Positions 39,560-53,205 of a stretch of DNA of 64,000 nt are shown here, piece after piece. The notes under the pieces are model-generated. The model saw only the letters and a list, made by a program, of their open reading frames with translations, was not told the DNA's origin and searched no databases. The stretch's first letter is position 1, and each line of letters opens with the position of its first letter. This DNA comes from the human T2T-CHM13v2.0 reference genome, Homo sapiens. The DNA lies in the NCBI RefSeq assembly GCF_009914755.1, contig NC_060935.1; one strand, 5' to 3'. The position numbers were made by a program, and so were the translations under genes.

Positions 39560-40750
39560 CTAAATATTCAAAAGACATATATTCTATGAAAACTAACATA
39601 AATTTTAACGAAAAAGGGAATTTTTATTAAAAGTCAAAAGTATTTTACCTCTTTGAGATAGGATCAGAAAAATAGAAGTTTTTAAAAGTCAAAAGAAGAA
39701 TGTTCTTTTTTACTTTAAAAAAATCTCCTAAAACAGTAGTCAAAAGTGTCAAACTCATTTAAAAAGAATGCATAAAACACAAAATTATATTACCAGTGTC
39801 AAGGAGCCAATGTGAAGACACAAGTCTAATCAATAATTTAGAGTACAGTCTAAGAAATGTTCTGAGAATACAGAAGAAAAGTAAAAATGTGGCAAAGATT
39901 AAAATAAGAGAAAGATAACAGAAGACAGAAAAATGACAGAAAATGTCAGTCTTAAAATTTCAGGAGAAATAAATAAAATTTATGAAATATGTAACAATGA
40001 TGAAATTGAAGGCATTTCTCAGGAAGCAAAACTATGAATATGTCTTTAAATATTTTGGCCTAAATTACATAGAAATGTTGCACATCAGGATGAGTTTTAA
40101 AGGAACAAAAATGTTGAATTTCAATGATAAAGATTTAAAAACACCCAAGCATTAAAATGGTATCTTGAAAAAAATATGGAATTAGTTTGCTTTATGCTCT
40201 TGTGCATAATTTCCAAAATATGAATTTGTCACCATCCCATGACAATAAATTTCAAAAATAATGGAACAAAATTTCAAGGATTTTGCGTCTTTATATGTAT
40301 GTTTTTCCAAAGTTAATGAATATGGTGCAAATATATACTAACCTCTATCAAGTAGTTATGCTCAGAAAATGTATTTTTTTAAAGATAACTTAAAAATAGT
40401 TTTTAATCTAAGATAAAAATCAAGGACAAAAATGAGTGGGAAATTATGTTATAAAAAGCTAAGTGAAAAGAAAGATATAAAATGAGTTTAACATTTAAGT
40501 AAGTCTAAATTTTTAAATATGGGTAATGTGTTTATGAAACAAACTTAAATTTGGGTAATGTGTTTATAAAACAAATATGGTAAATGTGTTTATAAAACAA
40601 ATTTAATATTAGAAATACTCAAAGATAAGCTATTTATTTAAATATATTTTATTAACATTGACAGTTGGGCATTTGATTAAAAACTAGAAATTCACTTTCA
40701 TTTGGACATTTGAAGTAGGTTTTATCTTATACAGTTATTTAATTATTGAT
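39560..40750 (+). mobile_element. Highly decayed A-rich LINE (HAL1/L1M ORF1-like)
   Basis: Long purine/A-rich strand bias with ORF1-like text (aaataagagaaagataacagaagacaga); family uncertain. Confidence 0.4.
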
Positions 40751-40839
40751 ATACACCATTATTGTAAAAAACACTTAGAAGTAGAAGGAAACACACATGC
40801 CTATGTTTTTGTGCCTGCGTGTGTATATGTGATTATATA

Positions 40840-41308
40840 CATATGGTCCCTGACTTACCATAATTTGACTTATAGATTTCTTGACTTTTTGATGGTATGA
40901 AAGTGATAAGCATTCACCAGAAACTGTGCTTTCTGTTTTGAAATTTCTTCTTTTTCCGAAATTGCGATATCCAGAATTATACTCTCTCATAATGCTGGGC
41001 AGCCACAGTAAACCTCAGCTCCCAGTCAACCACGTGATCTGAGGGTGAAACACCAATACTGTACTGTACAGTGTAATGCATTCAATAAGTTACATGAGAT
41101 ATTCAATACTTTATAAAGTCGCTTTGTGTTAGATGATTTTGCCCAACTGTAGGCTGATGTTAAGTGTTCTGAGCATGTTTAGGGTAGGACAGGATGAACT
41201 ATGATGTTTGGTAAGTTAGGTGCATTAAACTCATTTCCAATTTATGATATTTTCAAATTATGATGGGTTTATTGGGACTTAAGCCCACTATAAGTTGAGT
41301 AGCTTCTG
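40840..41308 (-). mobile_element. Tigger5/MER47-family DNA transposon
   Basis: TIR-like ends catatggtccctgacttac / taagttgagtagcttctg with TA TSDs; contains tgtgttagatgattttgcccaactgtaggct. Confidence 0.85.
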
Positions 41309-41779
41309 TATAAGTGCTTACGAAATGTGATGTTTTATTTACTCATAAATGTTAGGAATTTACAATACAGACTATTCTCAGGATGGTAACACATGTCCAA
41401 TTCTTGTTGATAGTAATCAGAGAAGGTTTACTTAAAAAGAAGAAATTTCAGCTGATATTTGAAGGATTAGTACAAACTAAGATTGTACAGTGCAAGAAAA
41501 GTATCACAAACTTTATGATGTAAGTAACTTTTTAACAAACAGGCATTTATAGATCCATTTGATTTTCTTACTCCTAACATCCTTAAGCAAGTCATGTTGC
41601 CTCAGCCTTTAGAACATATTCCATCCATCCATTCTTTGCTACCTCCAGTGCTACCTCTCTTCTCTAGTCTAAAACATCTCTTGCATGTACTATTGCAAAA
41701 ATTAAAAAAAAAACTGTTTTACCTCTACACATCTAAACTCAGACTCATTGTGTCTGTATCTCTCTGGGTATTCGTTCCT

Positions 41780-42330
41780 GTAAATTTTTAAACAATTTAT
41801 AGGCAAGTTACATGTTTCATAGCCCTTTATTTCTAAATACTTCAGCATAGTTTTCCTAAGAATAATGATATTCTCTAATGTAATAACCCCACCACAACTT
41901 CAGTTAATTTTATATAGATACAAACAACACTTTTGTCTAACTTATTGTTTGCATTCTAACATTGTGATTATTCCCAATAATGTTCTCTGTAAGCACTATT
42001 TCTCCCCAGTATAGGGCCAGAAAGAACATTACTTCTCATGTCTTTTTAGTCTTCTTAAATCAGAAATGTTACCACAGCCTTCACTGACTTTTATGTTACT
42101 TACATCTTTAAATAATTCAGCCCTCTATCCCCTCTCTTTTTTAACAAATAGAAAATTCCTTCTTTAGGGTTTGTCTGAGATTTTTTTTCATGATTAGTTT
42201 CAGGCTTTGCATGCTTGGTCAGGACACTATATAGGTGATATGCCTTGCTTAGGTTTGGCGGCACACAATGTCCATTGATCCCTCACTAGTAATTTTAGCT
42301 TTTATAATATGGTAAAGGTTGTGTCTGCTT
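41780..42330 (-). mobile_element. L1MC-type 3' end
   Basis: ctaaatacttcagcatagttttcctaagaataatgatattctct...tcccaataatgttct...catgattagtttcagg. Confidence 0.65.
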
Positions 42331-42518
42331 AATGGATATTGTTTATTGAATATGTATAACCAAATAAGTATTTTACAATTATGCAATTCAGACTATCAGG
42401 TTTTTTGTGTTCACATAAATTTCTACCATTGAATGGTGTTGTGTTTGTTGTGTTAGACTATGGGTAGCTACCATGATTGAGGTATTTTATTAAAATTATT
42501 AACCCTATTGTACCCTAT

Positions 42519-43034
42519 TGTAGATACTATGGTGTGGTATCCAGAGCTGCCTTTTGGGAATATGGCTCTTGTTGTCCCACCTGCTGGGGTTGGTGGCTGC
42601 TGATGGCTCAAAGCAATTCCTCCTTGGGAATTGCTCTAGGGGAGATAGATGTACCTAAATCAAGATTATGCTCCCTCTTGATGTATGTGATGGTGGGGTG
42701 TGACAGGGCAGCCTCAAACTAATACTGGTGGATGAAGTATTATACCAGTGAAGTGTTAACAAAATCCAGGTCTCTCTGCCTTAATTTCAGTTACTCTTAA
42801 AGATTAGACCAGCTCTAGAATTGTACCCAGAACTTGGTGAGGCATCTGCAGCAACTTCTCCTTCCACCCAGTCCCACTTCCCTTATTTCCCTTACATTTC
42901 TTCAAGGTGCTATTCCTAAAAAACACCTTTCCACCCACTTTGTGAACCCCCCTCCAAAAAAATCGAACTTTGTGCTACAAGTAAATCTCTAGATAACTGA
43001 GCATCTGTTTTCTGAGTGAACTCAATCTAAGGCA
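42519..43034 (+). mobile_element. LTR16C-like (ERVL) solo LTR
   Basis: cccacctgctggggtt...ttgggaattgctctag...caacttctccttccacccagtcc...gaactcaatctaaggca. Confidence 0.7.
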
Positions 43035-43247
43035 GAAAGGAAGCATTCTATATGTGTGTATGTGCTTATTGATGAAACTAATATTGCAAGGCACAATTTA
43101 TGCAGGATGTTCACATTCTTGCTTGAAAATAAGTTCCTGTTGATAAGATATTATCTATACTATTTTCAAGATCAACAGAGTAGAGTTTTACCTTTCTTGA
43201 TAGGTTTGAATAATAGAGGCAAATCTAATTTACCTAGGAAATGAATT

Positions 43248-43308
43248 GACAGATAAATAGTTAGATAGATAGCTAGATAGCTAGCTAGCTAGCTAGATAG
43301 ATAGATAA

Positions 43309-43357
<49 letters not shown>

Positions 43358-43372
43358 AAAATAGATAGAAAG
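43248..43372. repeat. Compound (TAGA)n/(TAGC)n STR with about 12 uninterrupted TAGA units
   Basis: Pure TAGA run at 43310-43357. Confidence 0.95.
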
Positions 43373-43499
43373 ACAAGTAAATGGGAGTTTTTAAAGTTTC
43401 AAAGTATAAGATTTCACTCCTATTTTATAACACTACATGTGGAAACTGCATTGAATAAACCCCTTTCAACCTCTAAATGAGTAGAGTGATACAAAGTTT

Positions 43500-43690
43500 T
43501 CTCATAAGCATATTTAGGTATTTTCTCATCATCAAACAAGACTCAGATAGGTATCATACTTACCAAAGGGGGATATAAAGCTTGATGAGGTTAAACAACT
43601 GGCTCAAAGCTATGTGGCAGCAAGTTGTAGAACTGGGATTTGAACTGGTATAGTTGACTTCAAAAATCTTAATCATTTACAATGTCACTA
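43500..43690 (-). mobile_element. MIR
   Basis: gaggttaaacaactggctcaaagct...agaactgggatttgaact. Confidence 0.6.
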
Positions 43691-43814
43691 CTTCAAAATA
43701 TAATTTACTAACTTCTTAAATTGATGGAAGGAGGGAAGACTTCAAACCTCATCAATAGTATTTGAATTCATAACTGATTACTTCCTCTGAAGAATCCAGA
43801 TAAATATTCAATGT

Positions 43815-44050
43815 AGTTTGAGAGCTCTGTATCCAGAGATAACTTGGCTCAAACTTGGACTTTGCCTAAGTAGCTGAATGACATTGGATAAATTACTTGC
43901 ACTATCTAAATCCCTAATTCTTCATCTGAAAATCAGAATGATAATAATCTAGAGTTTTGGTGGGGATAAAACACGTTGATGAATTAAAATGCTTATTAGC
44001 GTAGTACTTGGCACATAGTAAGCACTCATTAAATGTTAGCTGTTATCACT
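43815..44050 (+). mobile_element. MIR, near full length
   Basis: tgaatgacattggataaattac...ttcatctgaaaat...cttggcacatagtaagcactcattaaatgttagctgtt. Confidence 0.85.
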
Positions 44051-45146
44051 ATACCTACCTAATCTATGTAAAATTTGGAAAAACATTATTGAAAGATTGC
44101 TTGATTCTCTGTTCTTTCTTTGTATTAATATGATATTTACACATCTCAACAAATGACAAGGTATTTCAAGGTCAAACATTTAACAACAACTCATTAATTA
44201 TATTATCCTTTTAGTAAATCATTATCGGAACAAGTCATTAGGTGACCTTTTCTGGTTACCGCAATCCAATAAAACTTACATTAGCCAGTGTTTCAGGAAC
44301 ATTAGTCTAATGTGCTTTCAGAGATCACCTTCTCTGAGCAGTATAATAAGTCTGTGTGAAAAGCATAAAGCATGTAATACATAATAAAATTTGGACTTTA
44401 ATGAACCATCTTGGCAAACTGACTAGTATTATAATTCAATAGCGAGCATTCCTTAATTAATGAATTAAAAAAGCCAAGAGCATGCCCTAAATGCTACAAT
44501 TGATTACAGTTTCACTTATTTTCTATTTTTACTGTATGCTCCTGATTTGTTGAGCAATAGATAGTGAATCTTAAGTGATCTCGGTAATGAAAATAAAAAA
44601 TAGGAGCAACTGAAAAAGAGACCACAATTAGCAAGTTGTGTAGCTTTCAATGAATAGTTTTTTTCCTGAAAATATTAGCGATTTTGATTTTAATGTGAAT
44701 GTAAATTGACTCAGGTGTTTTTCCTAACTATATCCCTCCTGGGTGTATAATATTTAAAAAAAATCACTAACCCTCTGGATTACACTCAACTACATACCAA
44801 AGTTGAAACATCTCAGGAACATTAAGTCAGTAGATCATTTCAAAGAATAACTTCATCATTCCACTTCCTATAGCCTTTGAAACTAGTTTATTACAATTTA
44901 TTGTAATTATGTGTTCAACTCTCCTTCAAGGCTGTAAGTCTCTAAGGATAAGAACTTTCCATAAATGTGCGTGTATTTTTCCTAATAGTGACTTAGAAGA
45001 TATTGAATGTATGAATGCTGATGAAATGAACATACGACAGACCATACGATAAATAGCAAATAAAAGTTCTTCATTTGTGTTAAAATATTTTCCTAGTAAT
45101 GTACTCTAATTTTCTGAACTATCCCCAGAAATGTTAGCATGTTAGC

Positions 45147-45318
45147 ATATTTCAACTAGTCTTCGATGTCATAAGAGGAACCATTATTTTTTGCAATAAT
45201 CAGAAATTTTTTAAAAAACACTATCAATTTAACTATGACATGCCTTCATTACTAAGACAAATTCAAATTTTAGTGATAGAAAATTTGGGAATAAATGCAT
45301 CTTAGAATTAATACTGCT
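45147..45318. mobile_element. MER104-like (TcMar-Tc2) MITE
   Basis: accattattttt...caatttaactatgacatgcc...aaatgcatcttagaatt. Confidence 0.6.
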
Positions 45319-46919
45319 TTTTTGGCTTTTATACTTTTATGTGAACACACTTCACATAAAATTTTTCTTTTGCTGGAAGAAAATTTAAAAAGAATAAAAC
45401 AAAAATTGTTTACTACCCCTTAATAAAAAAAAATGACTTAGAAAGAGGCCACTAAGGAGATTACAGATAAGTCTCTACTCTTTAAGTATTTATTTATTTC
45501 TTTTTTTAAAGCTAGTTCTGGCAAGCTAAAAATTGTCAAGAACATTTGTGGGAGGAATTGAACTTTCTATTTCACTTAGACTCAGCCACTGTTGAAGGAA
45601 CTATTTTTCCCCCCAGGGTTGGTATAAGGAGCAACAGCATGGAAACAACATTAGTAATAACTATTTCAAACCCCAGATGTTGTAGGTATTGTATAATAGA
45701 AACAATTTCATGCAGGAAAAAATAATTTTTAGGCAAATTTATTTAAGTTCATTTACATTAGTTGTAACTAATAATAGCTACAACTTGTGAACTATCACTA
45801 TTTTCTAAGCCAGCTATGTATCAATGTTTTCTACAACAAAATAAATCATGTAAGCACAGATAATTCATAGAGACTCACAGTTTATGATATGTATTTTAAA
45901 GTAAATATAGAGAGGTCTGCATATATTTAAAAGAGTTATTATCTTTCTGTACTTTTGGTATCAGGAAACCAATTAATGGTGAATTTTGAAAGAAAGAATC
46001 ACCTTTGGAAAATCCAATTTGCCTTGACTTTAGACCTTAGCGTAACAAAACCAGGTAAATTACATTATAACCCACCAGCTGTTTTAGAAATTTTGGAGGT
46101 AACTTACTGCATTACATTGAGATAAATAAATGCCTGAGCCACTGCTTCATTTTCTTTTACATAAAGTGGGGCTTCTTTTAAAGGGCGGCATTCTGGTTTC
46201 ATCCATTTCCCTCTTGAAGAGAAGAGTTACTTTATCTAATTCCATACTTTTTCATGATAAACCTTTGACAGCCAGGGCTTAAGTTAATAGTTGTGCAGCC
46301 TTCTCCAGATTCATGTTTCTCATCTGTAATAAAAGGGAACTTCTGGTCTCCAAGCGATATGATGGAAATGAAACAAAGTTGTGAGGTCCACTAGGACCTT
46401 GCTCCTACCTCTAACCATCTTCTCTGTTAGCTGATCACAATGGCTAGTAGTCATGTAACTGAACCCTCAAAACTTTATCACATGTATTTTTCTAGGAGTA
46501 CCCACTAAATTGCCTAATTGTAAAAATCATGAGTTTTTATTGGAGGGATCTATTATTATTTTTTTAAATATTTGCCTTCTCGACAGTCCTTTGCAGTGGG
46601 CCTCTCCTGACTCTTGTCTTGCTAGTTCATGTCTGTCCAGCAACCACAAGTGAAAGTGTTGCTATCTATATTTGTCAGAAATTGAAATACTCACAAGTCT
46701 CCTTTTATTGGGGGAGCCGATTATGCTGCCTCACAAGGACTTGACAATACTTAATATCTCTCACTCTGCATCCAGACATAGTGGGCTTTCTTATACCTTT
46801 CTCTCCCCTGTGATAAACAAACCCAAGACGGGACTTGCCTTCTTGTTGTATGACCACGCTAGTGCTCACCAATTTATTCAATTTGCAAATAGGTAAGCTT
46901 AATAGCCTGGTGATACCTG

Positions 46920-47030
46920 TCCCAATTTTGACTACCTGGCAGTGTAGATTAAATGAGATAATAAATACAAAGTGGAATGAACAGTGTCTGGTTCATAGAG
47001 TGCTCTCAGTAAATGTGTGCTAATATAATT
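46920..47030 (+). mobile_element. MIR 3' fragment
   Basis: gattaaatgagataata...acagtgtctggttcatagagtgctctcagtaaatg. Confidence 0.7.
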
Positions 47031-48789
47031 ATCACTGATAAGTGGATTTGAGTGTATACCATATCTCAGACCTATTAGCTTCAAGGAAGCAAGATGAGAA
47101 AGTTCTACTTAGCCTTCCAAAAATAAACCTTACATAGTTGCAAACTTTACTAATATCACTAACACTTCATTTCTCATCTGGCTTTTGTCTTTAAGAAGAT
47201 AGTCCTTAAAAACATAGTCTTCTTAGCCTGGAACCTAAAAATAGGTAGATGGTAGAAATTTCAGACATCAAAAATTCTAAGAAGTCTTAACTATAGTTAT
47301 TATTGTAGAATTCCAAACAAGTATTTGGAAAAAGTATCCCTAGATTTTATTAGCAAATAAAGATTGCTATCATCAATGGTAACTACTCAAAAGTTGCCAG
47401 ACCACAGCTTAGTTTTCATAGTTAAGTTTTGATAAGAAAAAGAGGTAGGATTGATTAGGCATAACTTTGGGTGACGGTTCAAAAAGAAGTCACAACCAAT
47501 TGGAAGAAAAAATAAGACTTTGGCCAAACTCAGACTACAGGTCTCTTGGTAGTGGAGAGACAATCTAAGAAACTGTAACAAGAGGTAAAGAAAGATGCCT
47601 AGAAAACATACAAATTACATTTTTGCCTACAAACAATACTTGTTTCACCCCACATACATTTCCATAAAGTTATGATACAGTGAATCATCTGGTTGCCTCA
47701 CTCCAGTATGAAAAATAGCCATACTGAAAAGCTTCACCTCTGCCTACAAACATGAGTAATAAACACAGACATGTCAGCTACTTATTTTTTCATTGAAAGA
47801 GGCCTTAACCTAAACTGAGACAGAATTAAACAATGAAATAAAATACTATAAGACTGGATGGTATGCATTTTTTGGGTTCTATGTATTACATATTTTTATA
47901 TATGGAGAGATAGATAATCTCTCTATATATGCATATCTAAAGTTGGGAGTCATGAGAAAAGTGTATTTCATGTGAAAGAATATTCTAGAATAAAGGTTCC
48001 ACTAATTACTAGCAATGTTGCCTTAAGCAGACCATTTAATGTTGCTGAGTTCCAGTTTACCTACCTGGAAAGTGAAATTGTTATCAGCCATTCTCCTTAC
48101 ATTTAAATTGTTCTTTCAGTTTGATACTTCAAATAAGGTAATGCGTAAGAAAGCCCTGTGTATGCGGAAACACAGCATGTGTATGGAAGGGCTTATTAAC
48201 TGTAAAGTCATATGACAAACAGCAAAGTTAAACTTTCTAGATTTTGTTGCACCGAAGGTGCAGGCATCTATCTCTTCCCCAAACACTAATCTCATTTGTA
48301 GTACATAATTGCACAACTCGGAAAGAAAAATGTTATGAAAATCCCAGGTGGTTTCTACTCACCTTCAAGAGTTATTTCTACAGTTGCAACAGAAAATGAA
48401 TTGTTAATGTGTGTACTACAAATAATTGCATAAATAATGACTCTGCCAAAGAAACAATCAACCACTATCCACGCACATTTTACAACAGTCAATTCCAAGT
48501 GTAAAATGCTTGGCAACTTAAAGGAGGAAGTTGAACTTGTTAATTTTCTAGCAAGAAGGTTAAATAGAAAGGAAGCAATTCAAACATATGTGAGCAACAG
48601 GGCTCCCTGGCATTTAAAATCCCCAAACAGCTGGTGGAGAGAGAGCCTACTGTTGGAGAAGCATCAGGGCTGGGGAGGATGGGAAGAAAAGAAATGGGCA
48701 AGAGAAGGAACTACAGATGTTTTCCTAGAGACTTGTTCAATTTTTCTGTCAAAAACTTTTTCAATCACGATTGGAACTTCTGCTACAAT

Positions 48790-49020
48790 GCTACAGCTAA
48801 CATTTTCTGAAGACCGATTTTATGTTAGACATGGGTAGAAATTTTATATGTGATTATCTCATTTAATCTCCACAAACTGTAAAGTTAGTGCTATGATTCT
48901 CATTTTGTAATTAAATAAACTGAGTTTAGGGGCATTAAGCGATTTGACCAAGGTAATTTATAGAATCAGGATTGAAATCTATTGCCAGTCTGACTTTGAA
49001 GCTGGAATTCTTTGCATCAC
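48790..49020 (-). mobile_element. MIR
   Basis: cagctaacatttt...ttatctcatttaatctccac...aaactgag...ccaaggt...gtctgactttgaagc. Confidence 0.75.
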
Positions 49021-49132
49021 TTCAGATGCAAATACAGAAGAGTCAAAAGAGACCTTTAAAAGCATAAGAACTCTATACTTCTCGTGACACACATTCATGG
49101 CAAACCAATTGGGATGTATGTTATATTTTAAA

Positions 49133-49211
49133 TTAGGTTGAACCATATGAAATTACCAAAATTAGACCATCTTTGTCCACCACAATAACAGTTTTCTGTA
49201 GTTCAACTTAA
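49133..49211. mobile_element. MADE2-type mariner MITE
   Basis: Terminal inverted repeats ttaggttgaaccatatgaaatt / gttcaacttaa, about 80 bp. Confidence 0.75.
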
Positions 49212-50619
49212 TATATGCACTAAATAATTCAGCTTTTATGCTCCAATCCAAATGTGTTCTCTCCACTTTTACCACATAACCACTCCGTAGTCTCTTACTC
49301 TATTCTTCACCTGTCAAAAAGTATCTCAGCCTTTTCAGACTGAGCTCAAATATCATTTCTTTCTTTAAGCCATCCCTCAACTTCTTTAATAAGAAAATAA
49401 TCTCCATGATCCTAAATAGGAAATGTTTTCTGCCTCCTTTTAAGTTTCTTGATCTGAACTCTTAAAATATTTTTCTCTTTTGACTTAGAATTGTCAATAT
49501 TTTGGGCTTATATTTAATTATTTCAACAATATTACAATCTCCTTGAGAGGAAAGACCAAAATGTTCATCATATTTCAATTACTTAATACTGGAACCACAG
49601 TATAATAAAGATATATATTATCAATGACATCAAGTTTAAACTATGTATACTTGAATCTTATCACTTTTTGCATAGCTTTGAAATTATTTATTTATAAATT
49701 GCACATTGAACTTTAGAACCCTAAATGCAGGAACTTTGTGTTGCATATCTTTGAAGCATCTAAACCTATCCCAGGGTCAAGTATATAATTTGTGTTCACA
49801 GAATACACATTCCATATACAGGTGCTTCCTTGCCCCAGTCCCAACTGCACCCATTAACTAGGATAAAGTTAGCTTTGGTTCCTGTTTACTGACTTTGCAT
49901 ATACTCTGACACTATATGCAACCTCCCTTCATGTCTCCTGCAGTGCTATCTGTTTTACCAGTTTACTATCTAAGAAAGTCTTGTAAACAGATGGTAATGG
50001 TCTTTATTCAATCTTTAATCTTTGGAGGCATAATTTTTCAAATAATACATTTTAGCCCATCATTATTAACCTGTCCACATACTTATCTGTGAGTGAGGAC
50101 TCCTTATCTTAATTCATGGCTTATCAATTTTAAGAGCAATAATTAAATTGCCAGCATGTGAATGCTACAGATGTATAACATTTTAAAAATAGGAAAAGAC
50201 AAGAGTACCCACAATGTTCCATGCATTTAATTAGATGTTTTGCATCTTAATTCACATAGTACTTAAAATCATTCCATATGTGTCACACTATTAAGCCATG
50301 TTAACTATGGAATATTGGCATAAGAGAAGGCAGTAATGTAGTCAAGGCCATATAGTGAGCAATTGGTAGAGCTGAAATCCACACCAGTTCTTTCTGACTT
50401 TATAGTTCATTTTTTATTTACTTCATAATATTTTCTGAGATAACAAATTCTAAGAAAAAGGCTGACTGTAAACACTTTGGGTATTTTGATATCATTGTTT
50501 ACTCTTTCAGTCATGTGTTCTCACACCACAGTCATTAAATAATCAGTATAATTGTTAAGAATCAAATAATTGTGATAGAAGGCAAGTAACCAACATTTTC
50601 TCTTTCCAGAAGGTTTCAT

Positions 50620-50835
50620 AATTGCTACAAGAGTTTGCTTATATATTGCTTGCTATAATCATCACAATAATCCTTGGAGGTAAATACATATAACTGTCTC
50701 CATCTGAATCTCAAATAAGCAAAGAAGAGCTCAGAACTTAATAACTCCCTCAGGTCAACCGCCAGTAAGTGAGAGAGGCTGCATATAGCTCCAGGTCTAA
50801 GTGACTTCAAATCCATGCTCTACCCCAGGAGGCCA
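50620..50835 (-). mobile_element. MIR
   Basis: taatcatcacaataatccttggaggta...gagctcagaact...ccaggtctaagtgacttcaaatccatgctc. Confidence 0.7.
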
Positions 50836-51404
50836 CGTGCTTGCTCTCTAAGAGCAATGAAAATTCTTCACTATGGACAAGTGCACATTAGAAATTATTA
50901 TGCAGCACAGTGAACCATCAGATATTCTATTCCCAATTCTAGGAATCTGCACATCATAGGGAAGCGTTTTTAAAATTATTTAGTATATTTACTTGCTTGG
51001 TTTTTTTTTAATCAAAGCCATTGGCTGCCTCACACAGCCAAATATTTTGCATAGAGATGTTGTTAAGAACATTGACTGACTTGTAAAGATCCTGAGCAGT
51101 AAAAATTCTGAGCATCAGAAATGGTGAACATTTATAACATATTTATTTTGTTAATTTTTTCTCAGAATGCCTATATATCTGGACAAAATTCTAAGTACTG
51201 ATGCAATGGGTAGCTTTAATGTATGGAGTATGGATTCTCAAGGTCACCTTATGTAGCTCTGGATCTCAACCCTGGATTAGCATGAGGAACATTAGAGATG
51301 TTTGTAAAAATACAGCTTTTCAGGTCCCATGATTGATTTGGAATCTTTGGAATACAATACAGTTATATTAAACAATGGCTGTAAAATGGATTTTGCTTAA
51401 CAAT

Positions 51405-51880
51405 GGCATGGAGGATTCATGTTATATCATCTTTGCTGAGCTAGAACTGTACTTCCCAGAATTTTCTCCTTCCATGCATGGTTCCTGGTTAGTTTGGACA
51501 CATTTTACATGAGACTTGGAAGAAAGGAGAGAAGCAGCAAGCATCTTATTTTTTACCTTTAAAAGGTCAGTGCAGGACACAAGGTCCTGGTGCAGCTCAC
51601 AGATCTATGAGCCATATGCTAGCAGATTTAACCTTGGTGTTGTGAGGCGACAACTGGGCCTAATGAATCTCAACTTTCTGTTGCATTTCTTCATTCAGCT
51701 TCTTTGATTCCTGGGCCAGGTGCATATTTTGCTCCGTGATGAAGGACATCAACAAGTTTCTGTTGCAGAATACCCCCAACATTCAAACTGGAGTTTGGAG
51801 GTGGTAAGAAATCTAGAAGTTCCAGTTCAACTTTGAAGTTACCAGTTGTTTCTGTTTCTCATAGTTCATGTGCATATTCT
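51405..51880 (+). mobile_element. LTR50-like ERVL LTR
   Basis: gctgagctagaactgtacttcccagaatt...atggttcctggttag...tgagacttggaag...gaagcagc. Confidence 0.55.
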
Positions 51881-52104
51881 ATTCTGAATTGTCTACCACA
51901 TCGACTTTAAGTGACAACAAAAAGACAGTGGCATTGCATACATTGTGTAGCCAACTTCCACAAGTGCATATTTCAAATATCTATAATGTATCTGTTATAT
52001 GTATTAGTATGTGTGTATATGTGTGTGAATGTATATATACATATGCATGCATACATACATAGAGATGAGGATAGAGCTATGTGTGAGTATATATACACAG
52101 ATAT

Positions 52105-52426
52105 ACATACATACATTCACTGTATAATGACATTTTGGTCAAAGATGGATTCGATATAAGATGGTGGCCCATAAGATTATAAAATATTTTTACTGTAATT
52201 TTCTGTGTTTACATTGTACTATAATTGCCTACAGTATTCAGTAGAGTAACATGCTTTATTGCTTTGTAGCCTAGGAGCAATAGGCTATACCATATAGCCT
52301 AGATGTGTAGTAGGCTAAACCTAACCATCTAGGTTTGTGTGTGTATACTCTGTGATATTTGTAGCCCAATGAAATCACCAAATAATACATTTCTCATAAT
52401 CAAATCTTTAAGTGAGTCTTGATTGT
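52105..52426 (+). mobile_element. Tigger3a (MER7A)
   Basis: ataatgacattttggtcaa...ggtggcccataagattata...tagcctaggagcaataggctataccatatagcctag. Confidence 0.85.
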
Positions 52427-52640
52427 ATATACAAATATATAAATATACATCCACCTATCCATCCATCCAGAAGCATCTTAATGGTTCTGCTATTCTGATG
52501 CAACCTTGAATGTCCTGGTTCATGAGAAGTCTGGGTCAGTGGGGTAAGCTCATTGACACTGCTATTAAAGGAATACATTAAAAACTCTTGAAACCATCTT
52601 TGCTTCACTTGTTCGGCTACTTATACATAAGAACTGTTAA

Positions 52641-52970
<330 letters not shown>

Positions 52971-53094
52971 GCCTGTTACAAATTCTTATAGGAAAGAAAT
53001 AATTGAAAATAAGAAATCTGTGAATGGTAGAGGTACTCCCAGGCCCAACACCCACAACTAGTTTCCCCTCGCATTTCTGTGGTCTTGAGCAACC

Positions 53095-53205
53095 AAAACA
53101 AAATGCAAGGTCTAGGCTGAAACCTGAGTTCTGCTACCTGAGTTAGCTTGGTGACAGGGAAAAACACTCAGCTTCTCTAAATCTGTTTGTTTTTGATCTT
53201 TAGAA
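53095..53205 (+). mobile_element. MIR 5' half (3' half at 55456-55565), split by the ERV
   Basis: cctgagttctgctacc...tgacaggg...cttctctaaatctgttt; resumes after the LTR with aaatgtaaag...cttggcacatattaagtaccgaataaatggtagctat. Confidence 0.65.

Noticed and set aside
47898-47930. 14-bp-arm hairpin ATATATGGAGAGAT/ATCTCTCTATATAT (and a similar one at 31610-31642)
   Set aside because: Built from low-complexity AT/AG dinucleotide runs, so a chance origin is likely.
34800-52426. Similar sequence at 34800-35004 and 52220-52426
   Set aside because: These are two separate Tigger3 copies with unrelated flanks.
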